This document shows, piece by piece, positions 27,585 through 39,841 of a DNA stretch of 64,000 nucleotides. A program made the translations under genes and the position numbers. Source of the DNA: Octopus bimaculoides (lineage: Eukaryota); NCBI RefSeq assembly GCF_001194135.2, contig NC_068982.1:145060303-145124302 (forward strand), written 5' to 3'. The notes beneath the pieces were generated by a model, which was given only the letters and a program-made list of their open reading frames with translations, searched no databases and was not told where the DNA came from. How positions within the stretch are numbered: the first letter of the stretch is position 1; each line of letters opens with the position of its first letter.

Positions 27585-28606
27585 TTCTCTATTGCATAAT
27601 AATAATAATAATGATAATAATTGGGTCACTGGCATTTGAAACTGTAGCAAATTATTGGCTTCCAGGAAACTTGCTTCTTGCTCAACAACATTATTACTTT
27701 GATACAACGAACGCCGGAAAACCGAGCATACGAGTCGGCAATTAGCTTAATTGCAAAATGAATTCAATCAACAATTAGCATAATTACTAAATTACAACAA
27801 ATATTGATTACTTACATTTTAACAAATCCACAAATTTGAGGTAGCAAGTATGCTTAAACCAAATCTCTGTATATTACTGTTACTTTATAAATCGGCCTTG
27901 TGAGGATGAAAGGGAAAATCGACTTGGCAAAAAAAAAAAAATGCTTTTGAAATCAGTTGGTAAAAGAACAGAATTAGACATCACAACAGTTAAACTGGCG
28001 CTGTACTGATTCTCAATTCCATCACCTTACATTGCAACAAATATTTGACAACGAGGTAACGATGATGGCCTGTATATGGTCATTCACCATGCAAGAAATA
28101 AATGCTATAACTTCCTTAACAGCTACTCTATTGTTTTAAAATCGGTGGAACACACTATTTTTATATGGACTTGTGTTTATAAGAGGACGGAGAAATTACA
28201 TCGGTAAAATGTCTGCACGATCGTATTTGAGCTGGACATGTACAACAATAACAATAACAGCAAAAGATCATATGTTGTTACTGGTAGATTGAGATCCAGC
28301 CTGTTCGTCCAATATTTATCGACTGTTGATTTGATTCACATATGAAAGATATGCCAGGAAGAAATTTGGTTGTAAAGATGTAATGATGCACTTGGCCGTA
28401 TTTCAACTGTCACCCTTTACCAAAGTGGTAAATTTTGGAGTACGGGAATACGCGTTAAGATTCCAGTTTACACCGGTAAGCATAGTCATGACCAGACACT
28501 GACACAATTCAGACAGGCTCATACACACACATGCTTACACATTTTCTCATACACACACATGCTTACATATTTTCTCACACACACATGCACGAACAAGTAT
28601 ATATTA

Positions 28607-29477
28607 CATGGAAAAATGCGAGCAAGAGAAATAATATTCTTAAGATTATAAACCCGGAAAATTACAGGACAAGTTATTACAGTTGGAAAAGTTCAGGACA
28701 ACTTATTACATCTGGTAAAGTACAGAACAAGAAAATTCTTGCTTAAAATATTGGAACTAAGGATAAAATTTCAAATAAAATATCAGGAATTAGAAAATAT
28801 TAGCTTTTATTAAAACTAAAATTTTTATTACATTTTATTATTTCTATTTGTTATTGCTTGTTACTGCCATTAAAAATGCAAAAATAACTCAATTAAAATA
28901 TTTTTTGCACTTTAAAAATATATTTTGTAATTATTAATTAATAATTAGAAATTTGAAAATAGGTTATAAAAAATAATAGTAGTAGATAATTAGTCAGTAC
29001 AATAAATAGAATAATACACAAATTAGTTATATATTACAGTAAAATCTACCTATAACAGCAAATTCACAGTAAAATTTGCTTGAGTTATTGCCAAGTCTTC
29101 ACATTTTTAGTCTTGACCCAATGCCTATTTTTTGCATAATGAATTTTCCTACTATATATACTATTCTACTTTGCATAAAACTTTAGCTATATTGGTACTT
29201 CTGGCTCTAATTTTTAAAGTATTCTAGTGTGTCAATATTTTAACAAAAGGATGGTACCATTTTTAATTATAATGTTACTTTGTAAATTAAACTCAAATAA
29301 TTTTTAATATTCAAATTTTATCCTTATCTGCAATACTTTAAGTAAAAATTTTCTTGTTCTGTACGTTACCAGATGTAATAAGTAGTCATGAACTTTTCCA
29401 AGTGTAGTAAGCTGTCCTGTAATTTTCTAGGTTTATAATCTTAAGAATAATATTTCTCTTGCTCGCATTTTTCCATG
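28607..29477. mobile_element. Long-TIR (~175 bp) non-autonomous DNA transposon / foldback element
   Basis: ta-CATGGAAAAATGCGAGCAAGAGAAATAATATTCTTAAGATTATAAACC... (28607-~28780) and its reverse complement ...AAGAATAATATTTCTCTTGCTCGCATTTTTCCATG-ta (~29305-29477). TA on both sides; very AT-rich non-coding interior. Confidence 0.85.
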
Positions 29478-29967
29478 TAACCATTAAGAATATAATTTAA
29501 CTACTACCGTAGTTGAATGATATGCTAAAATTATTTTATTTTTAATTATGTTTTCAAGCTCGTCGAAACCATTAGAAATTGACAATATTTTAAAATATCA
29601 GGTTCTTATGATACACATAAAGTGAAGGCATAACGTCTTTTGGTAAAATCTAATAAACATGTTTTAAAAATAAGTATACGTGTTGCCCCTAAGAATATTT
29701 GTATAACTTGTATTGTGTCATTCTATGATCCTGGTCTCTTTGAACGGTGTCTCAAATGTACATACATACATATGAATATCTATACCTGTAGAAGCACAAC
29801 TATATACATATGTGTCCCTTTCTCTCTATATATGTAGGTATATATATATGTTGTATGTTGTATATACATATGTAAATGTATATATATANNNNNNNNNNNN
29901 NNNNNNNNNNNNNNNNNNNNNNNNNNNNNNNNNNNNNNNNNNNNNNNNNNNNNNNNNNNNNNNNNNN

Positions 29968-30010
<43 letters not shown>

Positions 30011-30676
30011 TTATATATATATATATGTGTGTGTGTGTGTATGTATGTATATATAAATACAGTATACACACAAATACGTATATTGCCCCAACATGGCCAA
30101 AGTCTAATGACAGACAAATAAAAGAAGTAAAAGATATAAAAGAGATGTATAAAATTTGTATACGCAGATATATCTACTTTCTTAAATGTGTGTGTGTGTG
30201 TGTGTGTTTATATATATAAATATATATGCGTGTGTGTGTGGTGTATTTTTTTTGTCTATGTATATTACAGATAACTGTATACACACAGATATCATTAAGC
30301 ATGATACTGTATCATCTCACACGGGTTAGTTCCATCGGAGTTTTGGTTGACAGTATATAACACCAGTTGAAGTATAGTATGTATGTATGTATGTATGTAT
30401 GTATGTATGTATGTATGTATGTATGTATGTATGTATGTATGTATGTATGTATGTATATGCTTCATTATATGTATATGAGTGTACATATGTGTTTGTGTGT
30501 TTATGTGTGCGTGTAGTTCACTCATAAATTTAATTTTTATACATACACACGTGTATACATATATGCATTCATACATGTGTTTACATATATGAATATATGC
30601 TTATGCATACGTGTATATATTCATACATGCATACATACATACATACATACATACATGCATATATATATATATATAT

Positions 30677-31168
30677 NNNNNNNNNNNNNNNNNNNNNNNN
30701 NNNNNNNNNNNNNNNNNNNNNNNNNNNNNNNNNNNNNNNNNNNNNNNNNNNNNNNNNNNNNNNNNNNNNNNNNNNNNNNNNNNNNNNNNNNNNNNNNNNN
30801 NNNNNNNNNNNNNNNNNNNNNNNNNNNNNNNNNNNNNNNNNNNNNNNNNNNNNNNNNNNNNNNNNNNNNNNNNNNNNNNNNNNNNNNNNNNNNNNNNNNN
30901 NNNNNNNNNNNNNNNNNNNNNNNNNNNNNNNNNNNNNNNNNNNNNNNNNNNNNNNNNNNNNNNNNNNNNNNNNNNNNNNNNNNNNNNNNNNNNNNNNNNN
31001 NNNNNNNNNNNNNNNNNNNNNNNNNNNNNNNNNNNNNNNNNNNNNNNNNNNNNNNNNNNNNNNNNNNNNNNNNNNNNNNNNNNNNNNNNNNNNNNNNNNN
31101 NNNNNNNNNNNNNNNNNNNNNNNNNNNNNNNNNNNNNNNNNNNNNNNNNNNNNNNNNNNNNNNNNNNA
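30677..31168. other. Assembly gap (one of about 20 N runs, nearly all flanked by microsatellites)
   Basis: Similar gaps near 4.6, 11.0, 21.1, 22.9, 26.0, 29.9, 32.1, 39.0, 45.7, 47.4, 51.8, 53.7, 61.7 and 63.4 kb. Confidence 1.
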
Positions 31169-32085
31169 TATATATATATAGCTGATCACATAAAAATCTC
31201 TCAACTGACATATATGGAAAAATTCAATGTTTAACTATAAACTAGAACTGCAATTTGACCAGAAGAAGCAAAATTTCGACCACTGTCTAGGCACCTACAA
31301 AAGTCTTTCAGACTTTGCCTATAAATCTTTATTTATAAATTTCATTTTCTCTTAGACACCCATACATATAATGCTGTTTATTTTACTCTCCAGCCTCTCT
31401 TTTCTTTTTCCTCCAGTCTTAACTATGACATCAATCTTAAAGAAAAACCTGACCACAATGTGGAATTAGTTGGATACTAAAAAGGAAAAAAAAAAAGGAG
31501 AGAAGAAATTATGTTAGTTTTATTACTGTATGAAGACAAAGAATAAATCCACATTCTACTCTTTATTACATGTTATAATAGCATGGAAGTTTTTGAATGA
31601 TGGATAACAACAACGTCGACAAGAACAATAAAAAAAAGAAAAAGCTCAACAAAAACAGTCACAACAACGACATTATCAGAAAAGACAAGAAAAGAATAGC
31701 AAGAATAAGAAGAAAATCAACGGGAAACACAACAATAATAATAACAATCATGATATTAATAACAACAACGTGAAAGGCCAAACAATAAATACGGCGATAG
31801 CAACAACAATATACCAGGAATAATGATGAATATGGTGGTGTTGATGATGATGATGATGATGGTGATGATAATAATAATAATAACAAAAGCAGCAATAACA
31901 AGAAAAATAATAAACATAATCATCATCATCAACATCTACATTAATAACAATGTCAACAAGAGCAATAACAGCGAGAAAGTGTAAGAACAACATCAACAAC
32001 AGGTACAACAACAGTAATTACGACTATCAGATGGCACCATGGTGTGTTGGAAAATATAAAAACGAACACACATTGACCAACAGAG

Positions 32086-32122
<37 letters not shown>

Positions 32123-32560
32123 NNNNNNNNNNNNNNNNNNNNNNNNNNNNNNNNNNNNNNNNNNNNNNNNNNNNNNNNNNNNNNNNNNNNNNNNNNNNNN
32201 NNNNNNNNNNNNNNNNNNNNNNNNNNNNNNNNNNNNNNNNNNNNNNNNNNNNNNNNNNNNNNNNNNNNNNNNNNNNNNNNNNNNNNNNNNNNNNNNNNNN
32301 NNNNNNNNNNNNNNNNNNNNNNNNNNNNNNNNNNNNNNNNNNNNNNNNNNNNNNNNNNNNNNNNNNNNNNNNNNNNNNNNNNNNNNNNNNNNNNNNNNNN
32401 NNNNNNNNNNNNNNNNNNNNNNNNNNNNNNNNNNNNNNNNNNNNNNNNNNNNNNNNNNNNNNNNNNNNNNNNNNNNNNNNNNNNNNNNNNNNNNNNNNNN
32501 NNNNNNNNNNNNNNNNNNNNNNNNNNNNNNNNNNNNNNNNNNNNNNNNNNNNNNNNGCTG

Positions 32561-32646
<86 letters not shown>

Positions 32647-32861
32647 GCCGCTGCTGCCGCTGCTGCTGCTGCTGCAGTTCCCGGGGTAAATATTAATATA
32701 AACAAAGGAGAGAACGATGATAATAGGAATTGGAAAAACATTGTGAAAATAGTTGTTGACGGTTATATTGACGGAACTCTTTTCATTTTTCACAGACATT
32801 ATTATTATAAAATGCAATTCGAACTTTTTTGCTTATTGTAACTTGCATGCGCTTGTATAGA

Positions 32862-33560
32862 CGGAACATGGTCGAATGGTTAAGAATTAAGATCGTTTCA
32901 CTATTACGATGTCTCAAGTTCGACCACGTTGCATGGTATTTCGTGTATGTGTTATTTTACTATAGTGTTGTCACATGCTTTGTGAGTGCAAGTGGATAGA
33001 AGAAAATTGTGTCACACACAACCCACCAAATGGAAGACGCCTGATTTCTAAACGAACATTATATTAAGGGTACACGTGTCTTGGGAGGCGCAATGGCCCA
33101 GTGGTTAGGGCAGCGGACTCGCGGTCATAGGATCGAGGTTTCGATTCCCAGACCGGGCGTTGTGAGTGTTTATTGAGCGAAAATACTCAAAGCTCCACAA
33201 GGCTCCGGCAGGGGATGGTGGCGAACCCTGCTGTACTCTTCCACCACAACTTTCTCTCACTCTTACTTCCTGTTTCTGTCGTGCCTGTAATTCAAAGGGT
33301 CAGCCTTGTCACACTGTGTCACGCTGAATATCCCCAAGAACTACGTTAAGTGTACACGTGTCTGTGGAGTGCTCAGCCACTTGCACGTTAATTTCACGAG
33401 CCGGCTGTTCCGTTGATCGGATCAACTGGAACCCTCGACGTCGTAAGCGACGGAGTGCCAACAACAACACATGTCTGGGTATACTCAGCTACTTAGGTAA
33501 AGTAAACGAACAAGCAGTTCACTTGATCAAACAATAAATGCTCGTTGTCGAAATCAACGG
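32862..33560 (+). mobile_element. Old degraded SINE interrupted by a younger SINE
   Basis: tRNA-like head GGAACATGGTCGAATGGTTAAG...CAAGTTCGACC at 32862. The tail resumes after 33468 (ACTCAGCTACTT...GATCAAAC...GTCGAAATCAACGGAG). Confidence 0.6.
33084..33468 (+). mobile_element. Full-length tRNA-derived SINE (family 3, tail type Y)
   Basis: Same ~185-bp head and body as 3504-3832, but a different tail ending GTCGTAAGCGACGGAGTGC-(CAA)n. Probable TSD CACGTGTCTTGG / CACATGTCTGGG. Confidence 0.9.
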
Positions 33561-33931
33561 AGGATCCATCCATCTTCTTTATCCCCTCCTCCTCCTCCTC
33601 CTCCTCCTCCTCGTGTGCATATAGATGTTTGTTTATGTGTATAGATGTGTGTATATGTAACGCGTATGGCCATGTGTGTGTGTGTGTTTATGTGCGTGTA
33701 TTTGAGATGTATATATGTGTAGAGATACGTGCGCATTGCAAACTATAGAACATATGTTTCTTAGAACATTAGCTCATAGTTAGAATAGGCTTCAAATGTT
33801 GATGAAAATGATGACCTTGTTGTTGTTCATAATCTGATTTTTATCAAGCCATGACCATACATCCGGTATTCTTTATTAAAGTAAATAGTCTATCCAGAAC
33901 TGTACTGTTCATAGGCGTTCTTTCGTTTTAA

Positions 33932-34156
33932 ACTCTTTTGACACCAACCTCACTGAGACCCTCTCTAACATTGTAATACAAATGTTTTGTTTTCAAAAGT
34001 TCTGAATTAAAATCTTCCGACAAAATTTAGTCTTAATTTGTGTTCATAACACTAGCTAGTAATAGTAACAAAGTTATTTTGCTAAATTCTTCTGTGTACT
34101 TAAAATTAACTGAAATAAACACAGAGTATCTCAACAGTAATATAGTCACAAAAGGG
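33932..34156. mobile_element. piggyBac-like MITE
   Basis: ttaa-ACTCTTTTGACAC ... GTCACAAAAGGG-ttaa: imperfect TIRs with TTAA on both sides. Confidence 0.55.
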
Positions 34157-34619
34157 TTAAGGTGAGATTTAAAAGAAATCAGACTGTTATTTCTAACAGT
34201 TCGTATAACCGCGTAGACGTTCTCTCAGAGACTTTTTGTTGTTGCTGTTGTTGTGGAGTTCCAAATAATTTCTGATCAAGTAGCCCCATCATACATAAGT
34301 GATAGACTAGATTTGATCCACGGACCCGTTGCTCCAGACATGTAATACCAATGTCTGGTTGAGGACTATGCTGCACCTTCTGAACATACGTGAGGCAGGG
34401 TTTAATCATTTGTGGAGAAGTGTTGCTCCCTGGACAACACTCTCACTACTGATCAGTCTGCTTTTTTTTATGTTCTTTTATTCCAGTGGTGGTCGTAACA
34501 AAGGCTGGCAAAGTAAACACAGTCAAACAAGTGACAGCCATTGCACTTCTGTATTTATTAGTGATACTGTATGCACACCGCTATATTTAAGGTTGCCAAG
34601 GCTATTAATGGAGCTTCTA

Positions 34620-34762
34620 ATTTTCCGATTCAACAAAAGAGGCCGATAGAATCAGTTCCAAGTTTAAAATACATGCTGAGGTCCATTTGTCCGACTAACC
34701 CTACAGGACGTTGTTCCAGCATGGCCACAGTGTAATGACCGATACAAGTCAAAAAATGAAAG
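34620..34762 (+). mobile_element. SINE family 1 3' fragment
   Basis: GGCCGATAGAATCAGT...CCAGCATGGCCACAGTGTAATGACCGATACAAGT matches the 14330-14440 tail. Confidence 0.65.
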
Positions 34763-35609
34763 CGTATACAATATTTCCTCATTCGAATGGGCATAGGATC
34801 TGTATTGGTTGTGGGGTATCCCCCACCTTTGGTCTTTATTATTGTCACTCTCTCTCTCTTTCCTCCATTCACGGTGAGTTATAATATGATGCAGCTAACT
34901 GTAGCGTGTGAAGTAATATCTCGGTAAGCACGCCTTAATATTTCACACAAGTGGACAGAAAAATTAGTTTTCTATTATGATTCATGATTATATGATTGAT
35001 TGAGTTTAATATTTATGATGAATTTACTATCTTTGGTAAGAATGCAGCACCACATTGGCATAGCCAGAATATCAACCTTTGTTAACTCACAAATGAACTC
35101 TGCCTGCGTTATCGATTCTCTGACTTAATAACCATTCCTTGTGTAGTAAGCCATTCACTCACTCGTATTCGTGCATATATGCATACACACTTTCACGCAT
35201 TAACATGTTGCTATACATGAAAACATGCGCATGCACATGTAAACCACGAAAATCTACTTATGTATTAATGGCCTCTTTCCGTTCGTTGATGCATTATATA
35301 TAATGAATGTGTGAGTTTACGGGTGAATAACGAAATTTTCAATATCGAACTGGAGAACTTCAGTTGATTAAGTCGACAGCTTGTTCAACTACCAGCAGCA
35401 GGTTAGGCAACATCCAGATTTTTAAACCTCGTTATGTCGAATCGATTTTTTTTTCTTTTGCTACTTAGGTCTTGCATAAGGGGCAGTGCCCATTGCCTTC
35501 GCAGGCTCTGCGATGCTATGAGATTGATGCCGTTAACGTCTCATTTGAACTGTCACTAATTTAACGGTGGTGCCCCAGCATGACCACAGTTTTGAAGCTG
35601 AAACGATTT

Positions 35610-35830
35610 AAAGATTTAATCGACGACTGGTAGAAGAAACATCGGCAGGGAGACAGTTGGAGGGAGCCAATGTTCTGGACAAGTATGATACGGCAGAGGG
35701 TTTAGTGCGTGGCTTGGAGTGAGATGTTCACAACATAGCTGAAAGGAGGAGGTGAGACAAGAGAGTTTTAGAAGGGAGCGTGGAAGTGCACTAGATCAAA
35801 CGATTCGGGAAGCAGAGCTCATTGTTGTAA
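35610..35830 (-). mobile_element. Possible degraded LINE 3' remnant
   Basis: Minus translation SRTLAPSNCLPADV resembles the PRTxxLWNxLPAxVFP motif also seen at 17.4 kb. Confidence 0.3.
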
Positions 35831-35940
35831 CTGTAGTAATGGCAGAGCGAAAGAGAGAGGAAAAGAAAGAGAGAAGGGATGAAAGTGAGAGAGAAAAGGA
35901 GGAGAAAAAGAGAAAGAGAACGAAAGAGAGGGAGGGAGGG

Positions 35941-36020
<80 letters not shown>

Positions 36021-36717
36021 AAACAGCATGTTTGTGCGGTCAAAGTTGGAGTAGACTTTCTCTAGGTGCAGAATCTCTGTACCTGCTGCTGCACCGTCCT
36101 AGATGTGACAGCAGTGCTTCTTTATTGGTCATACTTGAGCTTTATAGGTGTTCAGCGATTGACAGGTGATTGTTTCGGTCTAAAAAGGGACAATTTTGAG
36201 ATACAGCCCTAGATACGTTAAGGATGTATATTCACCATCTGAGATCCTCAGTGATTGCGAGGCCGTGTAAAGTTAACGTGAGGGCACTGGTTGCGCGCTG
36301 TTAATATTTAAAGGAACTGAGGAATGACGGCCTTTTCTTCAAGATATTCAATAGTTCAGAGTATTTTGTTGTTAATAGTTATGAGAAAGAAGAAAAGTAA
36401 CTTTTGCTGTAAGAAGTGGCAGCAATAGAAATCTAACGACTTTTAGTGTGCAGTGCTGGTAAGAATTGAGTAGAACGAGTCATGTTGCATATGATCAAAT
36501 GAGGTGCAACGCTGACAGAGATGGGTCGTATTCTGTTGGCATTGCTTCTTGTTACACAACAAGAACACGAAGTATTTGTTACTCTTCCAGCCTTGTTGAT
36601 TCTTGATCTCTTTAAACCAACAGAAATAAGAGTGATAAAAAGTGGAGATAAGCTGCAAGATACATTCGAACCCCAGTTGACTAGTTTCAATTCATTTACA
36701 GTATGAAAGTATGGTCA

Positions 36718-36821
36718 TCCCACTTGATTTAAATGATCTCTAATCATACTTGATTCAAATGAGTTCCATTCCCACTTGATTCAGATGAACTCCAATCCCG
36801 CTTGATGCAAATGAGCTCTAA
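36718..36821. repeat. 26-bp minisatellite, 4 copies
   Basis: TCCCACTTGATTTAAATGATCTCTAA / TCATACTTGATTCAAATGAGTTCCAT / TCCCACTTGATTCAGATGAACTCCAA / TCCCGCTTGATGCAAATGAGCTCTAA. Confidence 0.9.
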
Positions 36822-36990
36822 TATGTTATCTTGGTACTGAAACACCATATGTGATTCCGCCATTATGCAATGGTGACCTAATAACGCATCAATGATTTGT
36901 GTGTAGATTACTAGGTTTCATTTTCATAACGAAAGTAATTAATGATTTGGCGAGCGAGGGACGGACAGAAAGAGAGGGAGAGAAAGATAA

Positions 36991-37069
<79 letters not shown>

Positions 37070-37820
37070 AAGCGAGCGAACAAGAGAGCAGTCAAGGTCT
37101 GTTACAACTTCTCAAAGAAATTTAAAATGTACATTCGTTTCAATGAAATAAATTACAATATAAGTCATTAGAAAAGGAGACTAAGTAAATTTACACAATT
37201 AATTATATCTCTTCGGTGCAAGCTCTGCTGTATCTTTAAGAAGTTTGATAGGAACTATCGAATGGTAAGTAACTCCTTAAAAGGGAAGTAACCCAGGTTC
37301 AAGTCTGACACCCAGTACTAATCGATAAAATGCGTATCAGAGTAAGTACTGGAATTAATACCCTTGATACGATACCTCTGTCGGGGGTGCAGTTCAATAA
37401 TTAAAACCAATAAAAGACTGGAAAATAATTATGTAAACTTGGTGGATTAAGACGGATTAACATCTTTTTTCTAAGAAAGTCTTCATGACATTCAAGAAAC
37501 GACTATTAGTGTAAAATATTTCTTGACATTCGAAATAAATATAGCTATTTTCGTGACAGTGGCTAAAATTTATAGAAAACATACCGAGTTAACTAGAAGA
37601 AATTGGTAAGAGCAAGATATCTGCTAATCTGCCATCAAAAATATCTGATCGTCTCAGAAATAGGAATATGTATTTTGATTAACTGATTTAGCGACCTTGA
37701 AGAATTCGTTCAACATGATGCCAAATATTGGTGATTTAAAAATAAAACCGATCGATTTAGGAATTACACTGAACTTAGAGAAATATAAAATCAAAATTTC
37801 CCCCTTCCTATCTATCTATC

Positions 37821-37890
<70 letters not shown>

Positions 37891-38443
37891 ACTGTCTGTC
37901 TGTTTGTCTGTCTGTCTGTCAGCCTGTCTGTCTACCAGCCTGTCTGTTTGATTTGCTGTGTTTTTCCTGTTTGTTAGTCTCTCTCAGTATGTCTATCTCC
38001 CCAACCGACTTCTTGAAGGTAAAAAAAAACTACTGTTTATGATAGAAGTACTTTGATATAACAGAAGAGTTTAGGTTCTATAATTACAGTTTTGCATACA
38101 CGTATCCAGTTTCTTAGACACTCAAATACACACCTGTCAAATACACGATAGATGCTAAATATAACTTACGTGCAAATTATTATAACAAACGAAAGCAATC
38201 ACTAAATTTTATCGAAAAGGAAAATGAAGTCTTCAAGTAGGCATTTTTTGTTCTGGTTCAAGATTAATTTCAGTACTTTTCACTTGTTATTAAAACAGGC
38301 TTCTTGTAGACAAACGTCGAGTTATATGAATAGGGCAAAATCACTGAAAATGAAACGGAACCGTATATCCATACAGTATGTTATTAATTAAGCATCGGGG
38401 ACTAAGGTATTTGTGTATGGAAATTTTCAGTTCAGTATATACG

Positions 38444-38567
<124 letters not shown>

Positions 38568-38571
38568 AACT

Positions 38572-38908
38572 ATGCCCTTCCATGTGTCAGGAGAGATGCT
38601 AGTATCTCTCAAGGAAGCCTTCAGCAAGTCTTTATACCTCTTGTTTGGTTTATGTAGAGGTCGTCCTCATTTAGCTAACTCTCCATACAAGAGTTGTTTT
38701 GGCATCCTTGAATCTTTCAGCCTGACCAGATGACCACTTCATTTGAGCCTTTGCCTCAACTCAAGAGCTTCTCTACTTTTACACCGAGAGCTTTCCAATA
38801 TCTCATGATCACTGATGCGGTCCTCCCACTTGATGCCATAGATCAGCCTGAGACACATCTGATGGAAACGTTCCAGTTGTTTAAGGTGGTATCGATATGT
38901 GACCCAGG
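38572..38908 (-). mobile_element. RTE-clade LINE fragment (ORF C-terminus, frameshifted)
   Basis: Minus translation WVTYRYHLKQLERFHQMCLRLIYGIKWEDRISDHEILE... then WSGHLVRLKDSRMPKQLLYGEL...GRPLHKPNKRYKDLLKASL, typical of RTE/BovB ORFs. Confidence 0.88.
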
Positions 38909-38918
38909 TATATATGTA

Positions 38919-38965
<47 letters not shown>

Positions 38966-39333
38966 NNNNNNNNNNNNNNNNNNNNNNNNNNNNNNNNNNN
39001 NNNNNNNNNNNNNNNNNNNNNNNNNNNNNNNNNNNNNNNNNNNNNNNNNNNNNNNNNNNNNNNNNNNNNNNNNNNNNNNNNNNNNNNNNNNNNNNNNNNN
39101 NNNNNNNNNNNNNNNNNNNNNNNNNNNNNNNNNNNNNNNNNNNNNNNNNNNNNNNNNNNNNNNNNNNNNNNNNNNNNNNNNNNNNNNNNNNNNNNNNNNN
39201 NNNNNNNNNNNNNNNNNNNNNNNNNNNNNNNNNNNNNNNNNNNNNNNNNNNNNNNNNNNNNNNNNNNNNNNNNNNNNNNNNNNNNNNNNNNNNNNNNNNN
39301 NNNNNNNNNNNNNNNNNNNNNNNNNNNNNNNNN

Positions 39334-39779
39334 AAAGACGGAAGAAATGCTGTCTTTGGCCAATAGGCCAGATATAGTTGTCAAAGATCATGAAGGAAAA
39401 AAATGCTTTCTAATTGATGTCTCAATACCAGCAGATGACAACGTTTCCCTAAAAGAAATGGAGAAACTTTCAAAATATAAAGACCTGGAAATAGAGGTAA
39501 CTCCAATGTGGAATCTAAAAACAGAAACAATTCCTATCATAGTAGGCGCTTTAGGTATGATAAAAAAAATATTCAGACAAATACATAACAAAAACACCAG
39601 GACTTATAAATATATATATAACATACAGAAAATTGCACTACTAGGCAGTGCACATACCCTACGCAAAACACTTTCAATACAATAACCATAAGAGCATCAC
39701 AGCAAACAACAGCACATACCCAAGGCACACAGAGCTGCCCTCGGTAGTGAAGTGAAAGCACGTTATAAAAATAAAACTA

Positions 39780-39840
<61 letters not shown>
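39334..39840 (+). mobile_element. Dong/R4-clade non-LTR retrotransposon 3' end (RLE domain, 3' UTR, (TAA)n tail)
   Basis: ANRPDIVVKDHEGKKCFLIDVSIP...EKLSKYKDLEIEV...PIIVGALG...QKIALLGSAHTLRKTL: PD..D..K restriction-like endonuclease. Ends in a ~55-nt (TAA)n; the 5' part is lost in the N gap. Confidence 0.9.

Positions 39841-39841
<1 letters not shown>

Noticed and set aside
33084-33160. tRNA-like heads (here and at 3760-3832, 14038-14105, 24050-24122) as tRNA genes
   Set aside because: A and B boxes are present but there is no complete cloverleaf, and each continues into a repeated SINE body with tail or TSD.
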